64,000 bases of DNA from Camelus dromedarius (Eukaryota): contig NC_087437.1 in the NCBI RefSeq assembly GCF_036321535.1, positions 69,318,001 through 69,382,000 of the forward strand. The letters are read 5' to 3'. The position numbers and the translations under genes are program-made. Shown here piece after piece: positions 49,811-62,559 of the stretch (the stretch's first letter is position 1; every line of letters begins with the position of its first letter). The notes below the pieces were generated by a model. That model saw nothing but the letters and a program-made list of their open reading frames with translations. It did not search any database and had not been told where the DNA came from.

Positions 49811-50615
49811 ATGATGGTGAAAATAAATGAAGAAGATGGAAGTAGATATCCTGTATTATAATACCTCTGTATCAGTTGGGTTAGGAGACAGGTGTGAAGC
49901 TCATGTACTGTGTTAGGTGTCTGTTCCTTACTTCATTGCCTTGTGTATAATGGCAAAGCTTCTTACTCTTCTTTTTTTCTGCTTTGCTCATTTACCAACA
50001 AGAATATTGCAACCATAGAGACTTAGCAAAAGAAGAGAGGGGGAAAAAAAGAATGAAATTGACAAATAACTAATTCCTTGAATGTTACAACTCTTTTTAG
50101 CACACTGAACAATGAGTCGTGCTTATTAAGATAAAAGGAACACAATACTTACAGGATCTATATGTTGTTACTGATACTAACATTAGGCTCACCTTTGCTT
50201 GACTCTTTGTGAAAAGTATAGCAATTGGGAAGTGGATTTTAATATCATGTTAAGATAGGACTAACATTGTGCTCCAACTAAATTATACTTATCCAGGCAT
50301 GTTTTTGACATCACCATCAGAAACTAATCTTAGTGTCCTCCATTTTACATTCCTGATTTTTAAATGATTTATTTTAAATGGAGAATATTATGTCTGAAAA
50401 TATATACTAATTGTAGAGACATAGTGTTTTTGGAGTAGGATATGATCTTATAAATCATCTAGTATACCTCTTTTGCTTCACAAAGAATCTACAAAAAAAT
50501 TTGAAAATGGACCAAGATGACAACATAGGAAGACTCTGAACTCACCTCCTTGCACAGGCACACTGAATCTATACATACATATAGAGCAATTCCTCCTAAA
50601 GAAGAATTGAGGGCT

Positions 50616-50759
50616 GGGGGGCGGGGGAGGTTATAGCTCAGTGGTAGAGTGTCTGCTTAGCGTGCGCAAGGGCCTGCGTTCAATCCCCTGTCCCTCCATT
50701 AAAAATAAATAAATACATAAATAAACCTGATTACCTACCCCCCAAAAAATTTTTAAAAA
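50616..50759 (+). mobile_element. tRNA-derived SINE (camelid vic-1 type) inserted in the L1 5'UTR
   Basis: TAGCTCAGTGGTAGAG...GTTCAATCCCC, AAAT tail plus ACCTGATTACCTACCCCCC; 18-bp TSD AAAGAAGAATTGAGGGCT (50598-50615) / AAAGAAGACTTGAGGGCT (50760-50777). Confidence 0.92.
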
Positions 50760-51929
50760 AAAGAAGACTTGAGGGCTGATTGAATAGGTTGTACAGTGGT
50801 TTAAAGGGTACCTAGACAATATATAAAGAAAATACATTTACTAATCCTAAAGTGTCTGCAGAGAACTGCTAGAACTCTCTCCAGGGTCAGAGGCACCAGA
50901 ATGCCTTTTTTTTTTTTTTTTTTTTTCATTTCCCCTCTACTTTGATAGTGCAGTAGGAAGATAATCCAGGTATTCTAGCTGGCCTGCCAAGGCTGCCCAC
51001 TGCACCCACACCAGTTCCAGCCAAGGTAGCCCTGGGGCAGTGTCCCCCAGCCCTCCTCCCACACCCAGCCCAGCACTAGTTGTCCCACTAAGGTTGCCCT
51101 GGCATAGCATATGCCAGGACCCCTGTAGCCTATGTCCACTTCATCTCTGGCTGTACCACTATGGCAGCCCTGAGACTATAATCTGGGACTTTGTAGTCTG
51201 CACTCGCTCCAGTTCCAGTCTTTTTGCTAGAGCAGCCCCAAAGTGGCATGCCCTGAGACACCCCTGTCCCATGCTTCTCCAGGTCCAGCCATCCTGCCAA
51301 AGCTGCTGGCACACGCAGGGGATGCTCCTACATAAGTCTGGAACTTCAAGACTAGGAGGAAAACTGTTTTGCCTAGTTTATAGAAACAGAAAGTCAAACA
51401 AAATGAGGATACATATGAATATTTTCCAAATGAAAGAACAAGATAAAACCTGAGGGAAAATAACCGTAACGATATGGAGACAAGTGATTTACCTGATAAA
51501 GAGTTCAAAATAATGGTTATAAAGATGCTCACCAAACTTGGTAGAAGAATGGAGGAACACAGAGAGAATCTCAACAAAGAGTTAACAATATAATATAGAA
51601 CCAATCAGAGCTGTGGAATTTTAAAAATTAAAATTTTAAAAATTTTAAAAAGCCCTATAGGGTATCAATAACAGATTAGGTTATACAAAAGAACACATAC
51701 ACAACATGGAAAACGGAATAATGGAAATCACACAATCAGAATATCAAAAAGAAAACAGGATGGGAAAAAAATGAGAATAGCTTAAGAAACTTCTGGGACA
51801 ACATTAAGCATACTAACATCCACATTATAGGGTCCAAGAAGGAGAAGAGAGAAAAAGGGGCAGAAAATTTATTTGAAAACATTAATGGCTGAAAAATTCC
51901 CTAACCTGGGGAAGGAAACAGATGTTCAG

Positions 51930-52515
51930 TGTGGGTTTGTCACGAGTTGTGGGTTCTGGCCAGCAGAAGTCCCACTGAGATGGAACGAATTATTCAAGAC
52001 TCTGGAAAAAGTCAAGAGAGTGAGAGGGAGTCAGGAGCCAACTCCATGTGCCTCTCAAATGCTCCCATATTTATTGTGTACAGTCAAAGGACGAATACAG
52101 GAATTTAGGGAAGGACAGGGTGGGATCACAATGAGTACAAAGGCTTTGTTTATTGTTGGTGTTTGGTTCAAGGTCAGAAGACCCTTTCTGGTGAATCATG
52201 TTTCTGTTGAGCCTTTCAGCTTATCAGGGCAGAATGTATGAGAATCAGCTGCTTAATAACATTTTTCTTGAACTCACCTGTCATTGGCTAACCAGCCTTC
52301 TCACCTCTGAGTCTGCAGCTTTTTATAACTTGTTTACCATTTCAGCCCAAAGCTGTTTTGGGGATAGAAGACTATTTAACAGCAGGTATGCCCAGTGTTT
52401 ATAGCCAAGGGCCTGGGTTGTTGCTAAAACCTCAAGACAGTTACTAAGCACATCTTTAAGGAGATAAGCAGCTGGGATCTGTTACAATTTGTTAACTCAA
52501 TCATGGGTTCCCACA
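51930..52515 (-). mobile_element. solo LTR (586 bp, class II/betaretrovirus-like) inserted in L1 ORF1
   Basis: Inverted ends TGTGGG...CCCACA; 6-bp TSD GTTCAG (51924-51929) / GTTCGG (52516-52521); minus-strand AATAAA near 52070; L1 ORF1 sequence continues across the insertion. Confidence 0.85.
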
Positions 52516-53837
52516 GTTCGGGTCCAGAAACTACAGAGTGTTCAAAATAAGATGAACCCAAAGAGATCCACCAAGATACATCATAAGTAAAATGGCAAAA
52601 TATAAACATTAATTTTAAAGGCAGCAAGAAAAAACAAATTAGTCACATACAAAGGAATCCCTATAAGACTATCTTAGTGTCTTACATTTTAAGGATGATG
52701 TTTCAGCAGGAACTTTGCAGACCAAAAGCAGTGACGAGGAATTTAAAGTGCTAAAAGGGTAAATCTTACAACCAAGAATATCCTACTTGGCAAGGTTATC
52801 ATTCAGAATTGAAAGAGAGATAAAGCAAAAACAAAAAGAGTTCATCACCACAAAAACTTACCTTACAAGAAATGTTAAAAGGTCTTCTTTAAGCAGAAAA
52901 GAAAAGGTCATGATCAGAACTAAGAAAATATATGAAAGAAAAAAATCTTACTGGCAAAGGCAGGTATATAGGAAAGGCAGTGGATCAGCCATTTACTATG
53001 AATGTTAAAAAGACAAAAGTTGTGCAATCAACTATTCTACAATAACAAATTAAATGATATACAATATAAAAAATATATAAAATATGACATCAAAAGCATA
53101 AAACATGAGGTGAGGAGTAAAAATGCTGGCACACACAGCATTTTTTAGAAAATATTCATATTTAAGCAACTATCAGCTTAAAATAAATGTATATACATAT
53201 ATTTACAATAGATCAATATATATGAACCTCTTGGTTACCACAAACCAAAATCCTACAATATATACAAAGTATAAAGAGAAAGGAACACAAACAGTACTAA
53301 AGAAGATCATCAAACAATAGGGTAAGAGAAGGAAAAAACAGACAACTACAAAACCAACCAGAAAACAATCAACAAAATGGCAATAAGTACATACCAATCA
53401 ATAATCACTTTAAATATAAATGGACTAAATGTTCCAATCAAAAGACATAGGATTGTCAAAGGGATGAGAACGGATATGCCATGGAAATAGAAATTAAAAA
53501 CAAAGCTGGGGTAGCAATACTTATATTAGACAAAACAGAGTTTAAAACAAACACTATAAAAAAGAAGACAAAGAAAGGGATTACATAATAATAAAGAGGT
53601 CAATCCTAGAAGAGAATGTAACATTTAAAAATATTAATACACCCAACATAGGAGCCCCTAATATATAAAGCAAATGTTAACAGACATAAGAGAGAAGTTG
53701 ACAGTAAGACAATAATAGCAGGGGACTTTAACTACTCCACTTAGATGAATGGATAGATAATGTAGACAAAAAATTAATAAGGGAATATTGGCATTAATCA
53801 ACACATTAGATCAGATGGACTTTATATATAAAACATT

Positions 53838-54310
53838 TGGGAAGAGAATGAAGAAATAATGAACACAAAATTTGTAGAACAGTATGATGCATTTGTGAAG
53901 TTTACTCATGATCAAATAGTGCAACAATATGGAGAACTGTCTGCTATTTATGTTTCATGAATCACATTTTCTACATTCGTGTGTTGCTGTATTCCTTGTT
54001 GAATTGTTGCAAGAGGTCCCAATTATGACATGCAGCAATGCCAGTACCCCCTGCAAATGTAAGTTATTTCAAGCTTTTGTCAGTAGCAACCACAAGAAAG
54101 CAACAAGTTTTGGAAATTTCCCCGATGTCAGTACCACCCAGATGTGGACCCTTGCTACCTGTATTAATGCCAGTGGCCTCACTTGCTGTGTCATTACAAT
54201 TTGGCTTCTTATATTAGTATGTTTGAAAAGGATTAAAGCTGGTATTCTAAGGACATGTCCTTCACTGGTTGTATAAATAAAACTGTAGAATGACTCTCTT
54301 CCTCTGTCTC
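53838..54310 (+). pseudogene. AKIRIN2: 5'-truncated processed pseudogene of AKIRIN2 (last 39 codons plus 3'UTR), inserted in L1 ORF2
   Basis: 53841-53960 translates [39 protein letters not shown], versus recalled AKIRIN2 C-terminus [39 protein letters not shown]; 3'UTR-like sequence to AATAAA near 54276; TSD TATAAAACATT (53827-53837) / TATAGAACATT (54311-54321). Confidence 0.92.
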
Positions 54311-55060
54311 TATAGAACATTCTGTTCAACAATTGCAGAATACCCATTCAAATGCACATGAAATGTTCTCCAGGATAGATTACATGTTAGGCCACAAAAC
54401 AAGTCTCAGTAAATTTAAGAAGATTGAAATCATACCAAGTATCTTTTCCAATCACAATAGTATAAAACTGGAAAAAACACAAACACCTGGAGAATAAACA
54501 AAATTCAGCCGAACAACCAAAGAGTCAAAGATGCTATCAAAAAGGAAATAAAAAATTCCTTGAGACAAATGAAAATGGAAACACAACTACCAAAATCTAT
54601 GCAACAAATCCAAAGCAGTTCTAAGAGAAAAATTCATAGTGATATAGGCCTACCTCAAGAAATGAGAAACTCTTAAATTTAAAAAAAAATTAACTTTACA
54701 CTAGAAAATAGAAAAAGGAACAACCAAAGACCAAAGTTAGTAGGAGAAGGAAGTAATAAGAATTAGAGTAGAAATAAATGAAATAAGGACAAAAACAAAC
54801 AAACAAAAACCACAGAAACAGAAAGATAAAGGACACTCAGAGCTATTTCTTTGAAAAGATAAACAAAATTGATAAACCTTTAGCCAGACTCATCAAGAAA
54901 AAAGAGAGAAGGCCCAGATAAATAAAATCAGAAATGAAAGAGAAGATACAACTGATACCAACCAAGTGTTTCTTTTTTCTAGTTACCAGTGACCCAGGCT
55001 CCATTGTGTCTTGTCCTTAGCTTTTTGATGATAACCAACACAGAGTGGAGAAACACAATC

Positions 55061-55077
55061 ATAAATAAATACATACA

Positions 55078-55111
<34 letters not shown>

Positions 55112-55134
55112 CATACATACGTACATACATACAT
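55061..55134. repeat. (TAAA)/(TACA)n microsatellite
   Basis: ATAAATAAATACATACATACATACATAC... Confidence 0.95.
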
Positions 55135-56076
55135 GCTAAAAAGACTCAGTTTAGTCTCAGTCACATCCCAGTATCTGGATTAGAATAATACAGACAAGAT
55201 TTATTCTTTAGTCCTTTATTTAATCCAAATGTAAGAACAGACTATAAAAGTGACAGGGATTGTGTAGGTATATTATTTTCTATACCTAGTAAGGCCATAT
55301 GTATAGATTGGATCTACCCTGATGTTTTCAGAGAAAATATACTTTTTGCAATTAACATTTTTATAATTTTATGAAATAACATATATAATGTACCTTTTAA
55401 GGGTGAGTGACACATAGTAGACATTCAAGTACTTCCTTTTTCTTTACTAATACACAACATTACTTTTGCTATTGCATAACAGTCTTGTCTTTGCATTATA
55501 ATGGCATGTCCCAAATCATGTCTTTTGGAGTATTTGTTCTGCAGAAATATAATTGTGTTACATTGAAAAGATATATGTTCATGGTCGAAAAGTTTGGTGG
55601 ATTCTGATTTAAAGTCTTTTTTACAGGACTTCTCAGAGCCTTTAGTATGTTTATATGGGCTGTAAATTTCTAAAAAAGCATATTATTATCTACAACATAT
55701 CAAACATTTCCCAAACAACCCACAATTCCATGAAACATCATATTTGAATGTACATTCTACTTCAGAATTGCAACTGATAGAAAAAAGTTCTGTAAAAAAT
55801 GGCTGTTTTCATTTTCAATATCAAGAAAAACAAGTACTCATGTCCTCAATACAAGAGCAGAGAATTAAAAATTGGAATGTGGAAAGAAAGATAAATTTCA
55901 TTTTTCAGAAGAGGGCTTGTCTTTGTTATCTTTCAGTTAACACATTTAGAAGAAAGTTTCTTTCTTTTCTAATAAACTACTCTATCAGGACTAATGCAGT
56001 CAGCTTGGATGCTAATTTTATGGTTGAATTTTAAACAAGAAATCATTTTCCTTTGGTTGAATAGGATTTCTTATTT

Positions 56077-56126
56077 AGATAGATAATTAGGTAGGTAGGT
56101 AGGTAGATAGACAGACAGACAGTAGG
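56077..56126. repeat. compound (TAGA)/(TAGG)/(CAGA) microsatellite
   Basis: TAGATAGATAATTAGGTAGGTAGGTAGGTAGATAGACAGACAGACAG. Confidence 0.8.
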
Positions 56127-58944
56127 ATGAATGAAGTCTTGAAGCTGACTGCAGTGTCCTTTGCTATGTCTGTCTTTTGCCAAATTCCACTTTTTTATCT
56201 ATCGGGCAGCATTTGGTCATTTCATAAATTATTCTCTGTGTATGCCCTTTCAATTTTTCTTCTTTCTTCTAACATTCATATCCCAAGAGAAGTTGAAATG
56301 AAAAATGAATGTGCCTGCATTCTCCAATCCATGGGATCTGTGATCAGACCTGTGAAAACCTAAGAGAAGCCCCTATTCAATATACGCGGCAGAAGAAGAC
56401 TGCACTATCACAGGAAGAGTGTATACAGAGAGGCTGTGTCCTGGGCAGCCAGCTCCAAGATCCCAGACCTCACTGTGTTTGTTTCTACGAGCCAAGCCTG
56501 AAAGTACGCGAGCCAGTGGTTGTGCAGGTGCCAGCTGTCAGTCAGCAATTCTTTCCTCGAACCAGATTGTAAGTCCAGCACTTCAAATGGAGCGTCTATG
56601 AACCAGTCAGCAGGAGAGTCTTCTGCTGTTCGTGGAGCGCGTTGCTGTGCCTTCTGGAACTAGCAGGAGAGACTCAAGTAAACCATGTGACCATTACCCG
56701 TTGAACTGCAGTGGGTTTCACAGAGGTCACAGAAAATCCGTAATTCGCCTTGAACTGGTAATATACTATCGTTTCTATTCTGGCCCATTTCCCTCCACAC
56801 TGCTTCATTACTTCAAGGTCTGTCTTCTCTTGTGTCATAAGTATAATCTAGTTCATGTCTTAATTAAAAATGGGGCTGCACATGTTTTTCTTGCAAGTTC
56901 TCAGACGTTCTAAACTACAATTTCTTTTTCTATAAGGCTCCAAGGAGTGATTAAAAGAAGCTGGAAAAGGAATCAACTGTGTGTTTTAGTTTTGTCAGTG
57001 CCACACAACTTGATAGTACATTGTCACACATCATAAAGGCAGGCAGGAAGCAGGGCTTTAAATACATTTCCCTTGCTTGCTAATTTCTGACTAATGTAGC
57101 AAAAGGATGCTTCCAATTGCAGGCCTCTCCCTAGTTTGAATAGTTCAGCAGCTGCTCAGAAGCCCATCTGACACCCATCAAAGGCCGGCTAGGTTCATTT
57201 AACCTAATAGCTCTGCTTTCTCGGTGTTTAAGACCTGTGCTCATCTGAGACCCAGGACCTTCTTTGCCTCAGGCAGAAAATCAACCCTGCTGCTTAAAAA
57301 AAAAAAAAAAAAATCTTCTCAAACTGTCTCTTTCTCAGGCGACACTAGCTGGAGGTAGGAAACTGTAGGTGCTCTGCAGCCAAGCCACGACCTTTATAAA
57401 GCATCTGAGCATCTTCTGTAGGGCTCAACAGACTGTCAGCAGGCTTTCCATCTAATGTGGAGTGGACCAAGTGAACATTTTTCTCTAAATGTCTTCAGTT
57501 GAAGGGACTTTTAGAAATTCCCTTTGCAGAAATGCAGACGGCTTCGTAAAGAGAGTATCAACTTTGTCCTTAAATCTAAGGAATCTAATTTTACAATCTG
57601 TAATATCTGAGAACAGACGTTGAAGAAGTAAGTCATATGGTCACACTTACTACCATTTTCTTGGAAAGCTATAACCTGGCGATGCTAGTGAAATGGCCCC
57701 AAACATGATAAAACTGTGGAATTTGAAGAGCTATGTTTAGTACTTCTAAGAGATGATCTGAAGGCTCCCCAGTATCCCTTGTATGGATTTCTAAACCCAC
57801 ACAGAGAGCTGTTGGTTCAATGTATATTTTTCTAAAGGCGCTCAGTTCGTGCATCAAAATTAGAGGCCTAACTTTGAAAGATGAAGTGTATAGAGATTCC
57901 CAACTATAAGCCTTGGGAATGTTTCTGGCTGAAAATGTAAGGAAGACATATTAGAGATTCAAAGCTTACAAGGGTAGAATGTCCAATGTGTGACAATCTA
58001 TAGAACTCCAAACAGAGCCAAAGGAGTCTGCCAGTTATTTTTAGAGTATAAAAAGAAGATTCAGGGAGCACTAGAGATATTCCACGACTATTTACCTGCT
58101 GACAGTATTTTTTCCCTTCTTGACCAGTGACTGAGATGTATATAAATTTTATGTTCTGAGCTGTAATGAAAATTCTTCCTTAACTATGTCCTTTTTTCTG
58201 CTCTTTTCCATTGGCTCATTCTCCCTATGAAGTCGTTGCTGACTTCTCCAGACCATGGTGTCCCTTCTTGTACACAAACACATTTCATTTCAGAGTGTCA
58301 GAGCCTTTAGGCTTTAATTGCCCACTTGTAAGAGGTTTATGCAACTTAGTTGTTGTTTTCCTAGTGTATCAATTCTTTGAAGACAAGTGTTGTTATTTCA
58401 CTGTTTCTGTATTCCCTGAAGCACTGACATAACCCTCAGGTACACACAAGGATTTCATTAAGCACATGTTTATTGATTAATTGACTGTTGTTCCTGTATG
58501 AAATTTCGAATGCTGGTGCATTAAACTAATTTAAAAGAGCTGTGTCCCACAGACAGAATTGGGAGGCTAAATTCAGAAAAATTAGGAGCGTGGAAGATGA
58601 AGAAGTTGGCTGTCACCAGGCCTGCTTTCAGGTTGGGAAGAAGTTAGACTTTCTCACTCCAACTTGGTTATAGTCAGTGATTGAATTTATCAGGACTTTA
58701 TCCTGTAAAAAGAACCATATCTTCTCACTACATCAAGTGTTAAAAAATATCAAGCATCAGATCTAATTAATAATAATATAAAAGCCAATTTCACAGCCCA
58801 TTACTTCAAACAGACCGATACAGGAAAATTGAAGGGGGACTTGACAAACATGGGCATTCATGTTTGTGGTCTTCATAGTGACACATAGCTAAGTCGAGTA
58901 ACAGTGGAAATTCTCTGTATTCCCTCTCCAACTGATGGTTTTTG

Positions 58945-59420
58945 GCTCCATTAACCCAGGCTGTAACACAAAGGAAAAAGAATCAGGAGAAAATTAGAAG
59001 CCCGACCTCCTCAGTTTGCTTCATTAATAAGACTACAAACTTCGTCAGGTCCCTCCCTCCCTTTACCCCTCCCTGTCTCTTTCCATTTCGTTTAACTGAA
59101 GGCAATTCATCTCATTTTAATTAATTTTTACTTGCAGCATTATCACCCTGAGTATAAAGGCAAAAAGTTTTTTTTTTTAATTACAAAGCTAACGGCATTA
59201 ATTACTAGTACAGTAAATGCATCGTTGCTCGCAAGCCAAGTGGGTTCCAAGGAGCTGAGGCAGCAACTGGTGAACATCTCAACAGCTGGAAAAGGCTCAG
59301 TCACAAAGGAGAAGCCTTTCTCTGGTAACAATACGAAGGCTGTCTTCACACTGATTGAGCCACTGTTTAATTGAAGGTGACATAGCCTACAGACCAGGGA
59401 CAACACTGTCACGTTACAGG
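58945..59420. promoter_or_regulatory. candidate conserved enhancer-like element
   Basis: Unique sequence, repeated TAATTA/ATTAAT cores, retained CpGs (AACGG, ATCGTTGCTCGC, ATACGAA), E-box CAGCTG, TGACA/TGTCA sites. Confidence 0.3.
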
Positions 59421-60439
59421 GAAAAGGTTATTCGTACAGAGTCTCCCTGGGTCTACTGTCGGGTGGAAACCCAGAAATCAAACCAATTTTGAAATATATG
59501 AAAATAGATGCAATAGCATAGCACTGCAGGATGTGTGACTATATCAAATGCCCTTTTTTCTACCACCCATTTAGTTTTTGCTCCACTAAGTAAGAAGCAG
59601 TATCACGATGTGCTAAAAAGCTGAAACCCAATACCTAATACATGGCTAGAGGGAACTGGCCAACGTTGAGTGTTTCTAAGATCATAGGGTTTGCATATTA
59701 ACGTGGTAAAGACAAGCAAAAGTGTTTTATCCCCTAGCATGAAAGGCTCAGTAAGTACATCACAGCGGAGCCTCCTGTGTTTACCTTCTTGCCACTTGCG
59801 CGCATTCTCTGGCAACAAAGATGTCAGGAAGAAACACCTCTGCCACTTTGTAGGCACCTCTTGGAGCAAGTGGGCCCCTAATTCTGCCCCAGCACTTCCT
59901 TAATCTGCCACAAAAGGATTATACACAACCCTGTACCTCTGTCATTCTCTGCATATAGCTCCTCCCAGGCAATCTCCTTTGTTTCCAGACATTTCTGCAT
60001 GCCTATTTGAAACTTTCCTCCCCCGACCTCACCCATATCTTCTTGCAATTCAGTTATTCTTTCTTTTTCTCTCTCCATTATGTTTTTTAGTCAGTAACTG
60101 TTAATATTTAAGTATAGTTCTGATAATCTACCTTTACCATCTGTAAAATCTGAAATTATTTAGGGAAAAAGAGAATCTGGCCTAATAACTTCTTCAGGCC
60201 TTGAAGATGCCCTTAAGCCTTCTTTGGAAACTCTACCAAAGACACCACACCTCTCTTCCCTTTTGAGTTTTGCCATTCCTCTCTCCAGTGCATAAAATTT
60301 GACTAAATATAAAATAATTTTTATTCCAGTTTAAAGTTTTATTTTATTTTATTATTTTACATTTTATTATTGAAAGAGTATATATTAATTAGTTTCTTTC
60401 CATAGGTAGAAATATTTTATAATAATTTCATGGAAAGGT

Positions 60440-60571
60440 AGCATGCGTGCCCTGATATAGAAACTTAACCACATAAGTATTTCTATGGGAAAAGCTTGTG
60501 GCCAGTTCCAAACAACTGAGTTATAAATGAAATTTTGAAATGTGTGCTTTGTGTATTGGCAATTGCCTGTA
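60440..60571. mobile_element. Tigger-like DNA transposon end fragment
   Basis: ATAAGTATTTCTATGGGAAAA...GTTCCAAACAACTGAGTTATAAATGAAATTTTG...TTGCCTG-TA terminus. Confidence 0.4.
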
Positions 60572-61429
60572 GATATTGGTATTCAGAAGTGTAATTCAGT
60601 GATATCCTTATAGCAATTTTATGTCTAGCCTATAAAAATTTAAAATAAGCAGGAATTTCCAGCTAATTTTAGGTCTGTGGTATTAACATTGATCTGAATT
60701 TAGATTTTTTTCTGTAGCTACTCTGAGAATATATGCCTCTATATTTCTTCTAGATTTCCTTTTATTTTCCTTAAATAAGTAAATGAATCTTGTGTTCTTA
60801 TTTAAGGATATGAGAGAAAGGCACATATTTCTGTTCATTTTTCTCTGAATATCTTAATTTGGTAGAATAAGAGTATAATTCCCCCTAAGAGAATACTTTC
60901 AAAAGAAATTTTGGTATCTTCTGTTTGTGAAATTTCCATGAGAAAGCTAGCTTACAAACAAACAATGAAAACAAATTTAGAGAAAATTAATTGCTGAATT
61001 TGTTCAGATTTTTATGAAACATGACATTTACTTGAATTTAAATTTGTCAAACATTTTTACTGCTTTTTTATTCCAGATGTGTTCACTGATCCCTAGAGCA
61101 ACGTGCTGGAGCTGATCTTATCCAAATGGTTCCTCATATTATCATTTGAAAGAGCCTGTAGGAAATTCTAGATGAGATATTGAATAGACTATCTGCTTGC
61201 CCTAATGCCCCCATTTTCCTTCATGAGTAAAGAAGGATTAATATTAATCTCCTTTTAGGGTCCAGGCTAGTTTCCTTAGAGTGCCCTCATTTGCTTTACT
61301 TGGCATGTTTTTCGTATGACACCACTTAGAACTGGCTTCCCTTATTTGGCCGTGTTCTTTTCACATTTAACAAGAAGAAGGTGCTCACCACCACTGCCGC
61401 AACAATGAAGCAATACTGATGAAAGTCAC

Positions 61430-61680
61430 CAGAATAGTAGTAGCTATCATTTAACTACGTACTTACTCCATATACAAACTTCTGTATTACAGTGATCAAC
61501 TGTCAGGCCCATATAGTTTTAATCAGTATATTAACTACATATTATTATTGTCCTTATTTTACATATAAGTGAGACTCAGAGGGTCGAATGCTTTGCACAA
61601 AGTGACATGATTAGTAAGGGTGAAACCTGAACTCAAACCTAGGTGTGTCTGATTCCAGAGCCCAAGTTATAACTATTCTA
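61430..61680 (-). mobile_element. MIR SINE
   Basis: ATAGTAGTAGCTATCATTTA...CCTTATTTTACATATAAGTGAGACTCAGAGGG...GAACTCAAACCTAGGTGTGTCTGATTCCAGAGCCC. Confidence 0.75.
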
Positions 61681-62346
61681 GTGATGCTAACGGTGAAATT
61701 ATACATTTGAGTGTGTCTCTTCCACATTTGCATATCCTTTAAGAATGATTAATATGTTGTTTAGCCTTGACAACATTGATTTATCATCAAATACTATCCC
61801 AGCAGACTTTATGAAGGGATATCTTGAATCACTGCAACCTCTTCAAGAAGAGTTTTGATGAGTGTAAGAAAAACTATGGCTCACATACAATAAGGAGGAA
61901 TGAAAACAACTAAATAAATCCGGAGAAACCAACACAAATAATGTTTTTTTTCTCTTTTGAAGGCAGGCTTGACTTATTTTGAACGTCCTATATTTTACAT
62001 TTTAGGCCTGGCTTACACTACTTAAAAAAAAAAACAGTTTGTGCTTTCTATATACAAACATATATCAATGTGTTTAGATAGATACACATTATATATGATT
62101 AATATGAATTAGTAGAATCTAGAATGCTTTATATTCAGTCTCTTTTAAACCAATACCAGTATGACTGAATTTTGATAAGACTTTTAAAATCACAGCTGTT
62201 GAGATGCTAGGCAAAATTATGTGATTGAGAATTATGACCCTTTAAAATATGAATCAACTCTCATTTTTGTTGTTCATTACCTCATAGATACTAAGTGGGG
62301 CTATATCTCCCATATGTGAGCTGTCACCCATGAAATTCATAAATAA

Positions 62347-62465
62347 AGGGGTGGAGAAGAGAGAGGAAAAGAGGAAAGGAGAGTGGGTGAGATGATCAAA
62401 AGAGAAATTAGAGGAGAGAGAGATATGAGAGGAAAAAGAAGAATAGAGGAGGAGAGAAGGGAAAA
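62347..62465. repeat. purine-rich (GA) low-complexity tract
   Basis: GGAGAAGAGAGAGGAAAAGAGGAAAGGAGAG...GAGGAGGAGAGAAGGGAAAA. Confidence 0.65.
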
Positions 62466-62559
62466 TCCTATTCTAGAAGAAAATCTTGGACCTAAAAATA
62501 TATATCAGACATCAGTCAAACAGGGTAAAGGCGGACTTTGAATGTATTTTATACTCCAT

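Larger units (their letters stand above)
50509..54960 (+). mobile_element. 5' half of an L1 (5'UTR, ORF1, ORF2 endonuclease region), carrying three nested insertions; RT and 3' end absent
   Basis: 5' end CAAGATGAC...GAACTCACCTCC; ORF1 motifs (FQMKEQDK, MAEKFPNLGKETD, ARLSFRIEREIK); ORF2 ATG at 53377 MAISTYQSIITLNINGLNVPIKRHR, TIIAGDFN; homology ends at ...ATACAACTGATACCA. Confidence 0.92.

Noticed and set aside
53929..54347. 115-aa (+) and 92-aa (-) ORFs over the AKIRIN2 insert
   Set aside because: Out-of-frame or antisense readings of the retrocopied 3'UTR; the true homologous frame is 53841-53960.
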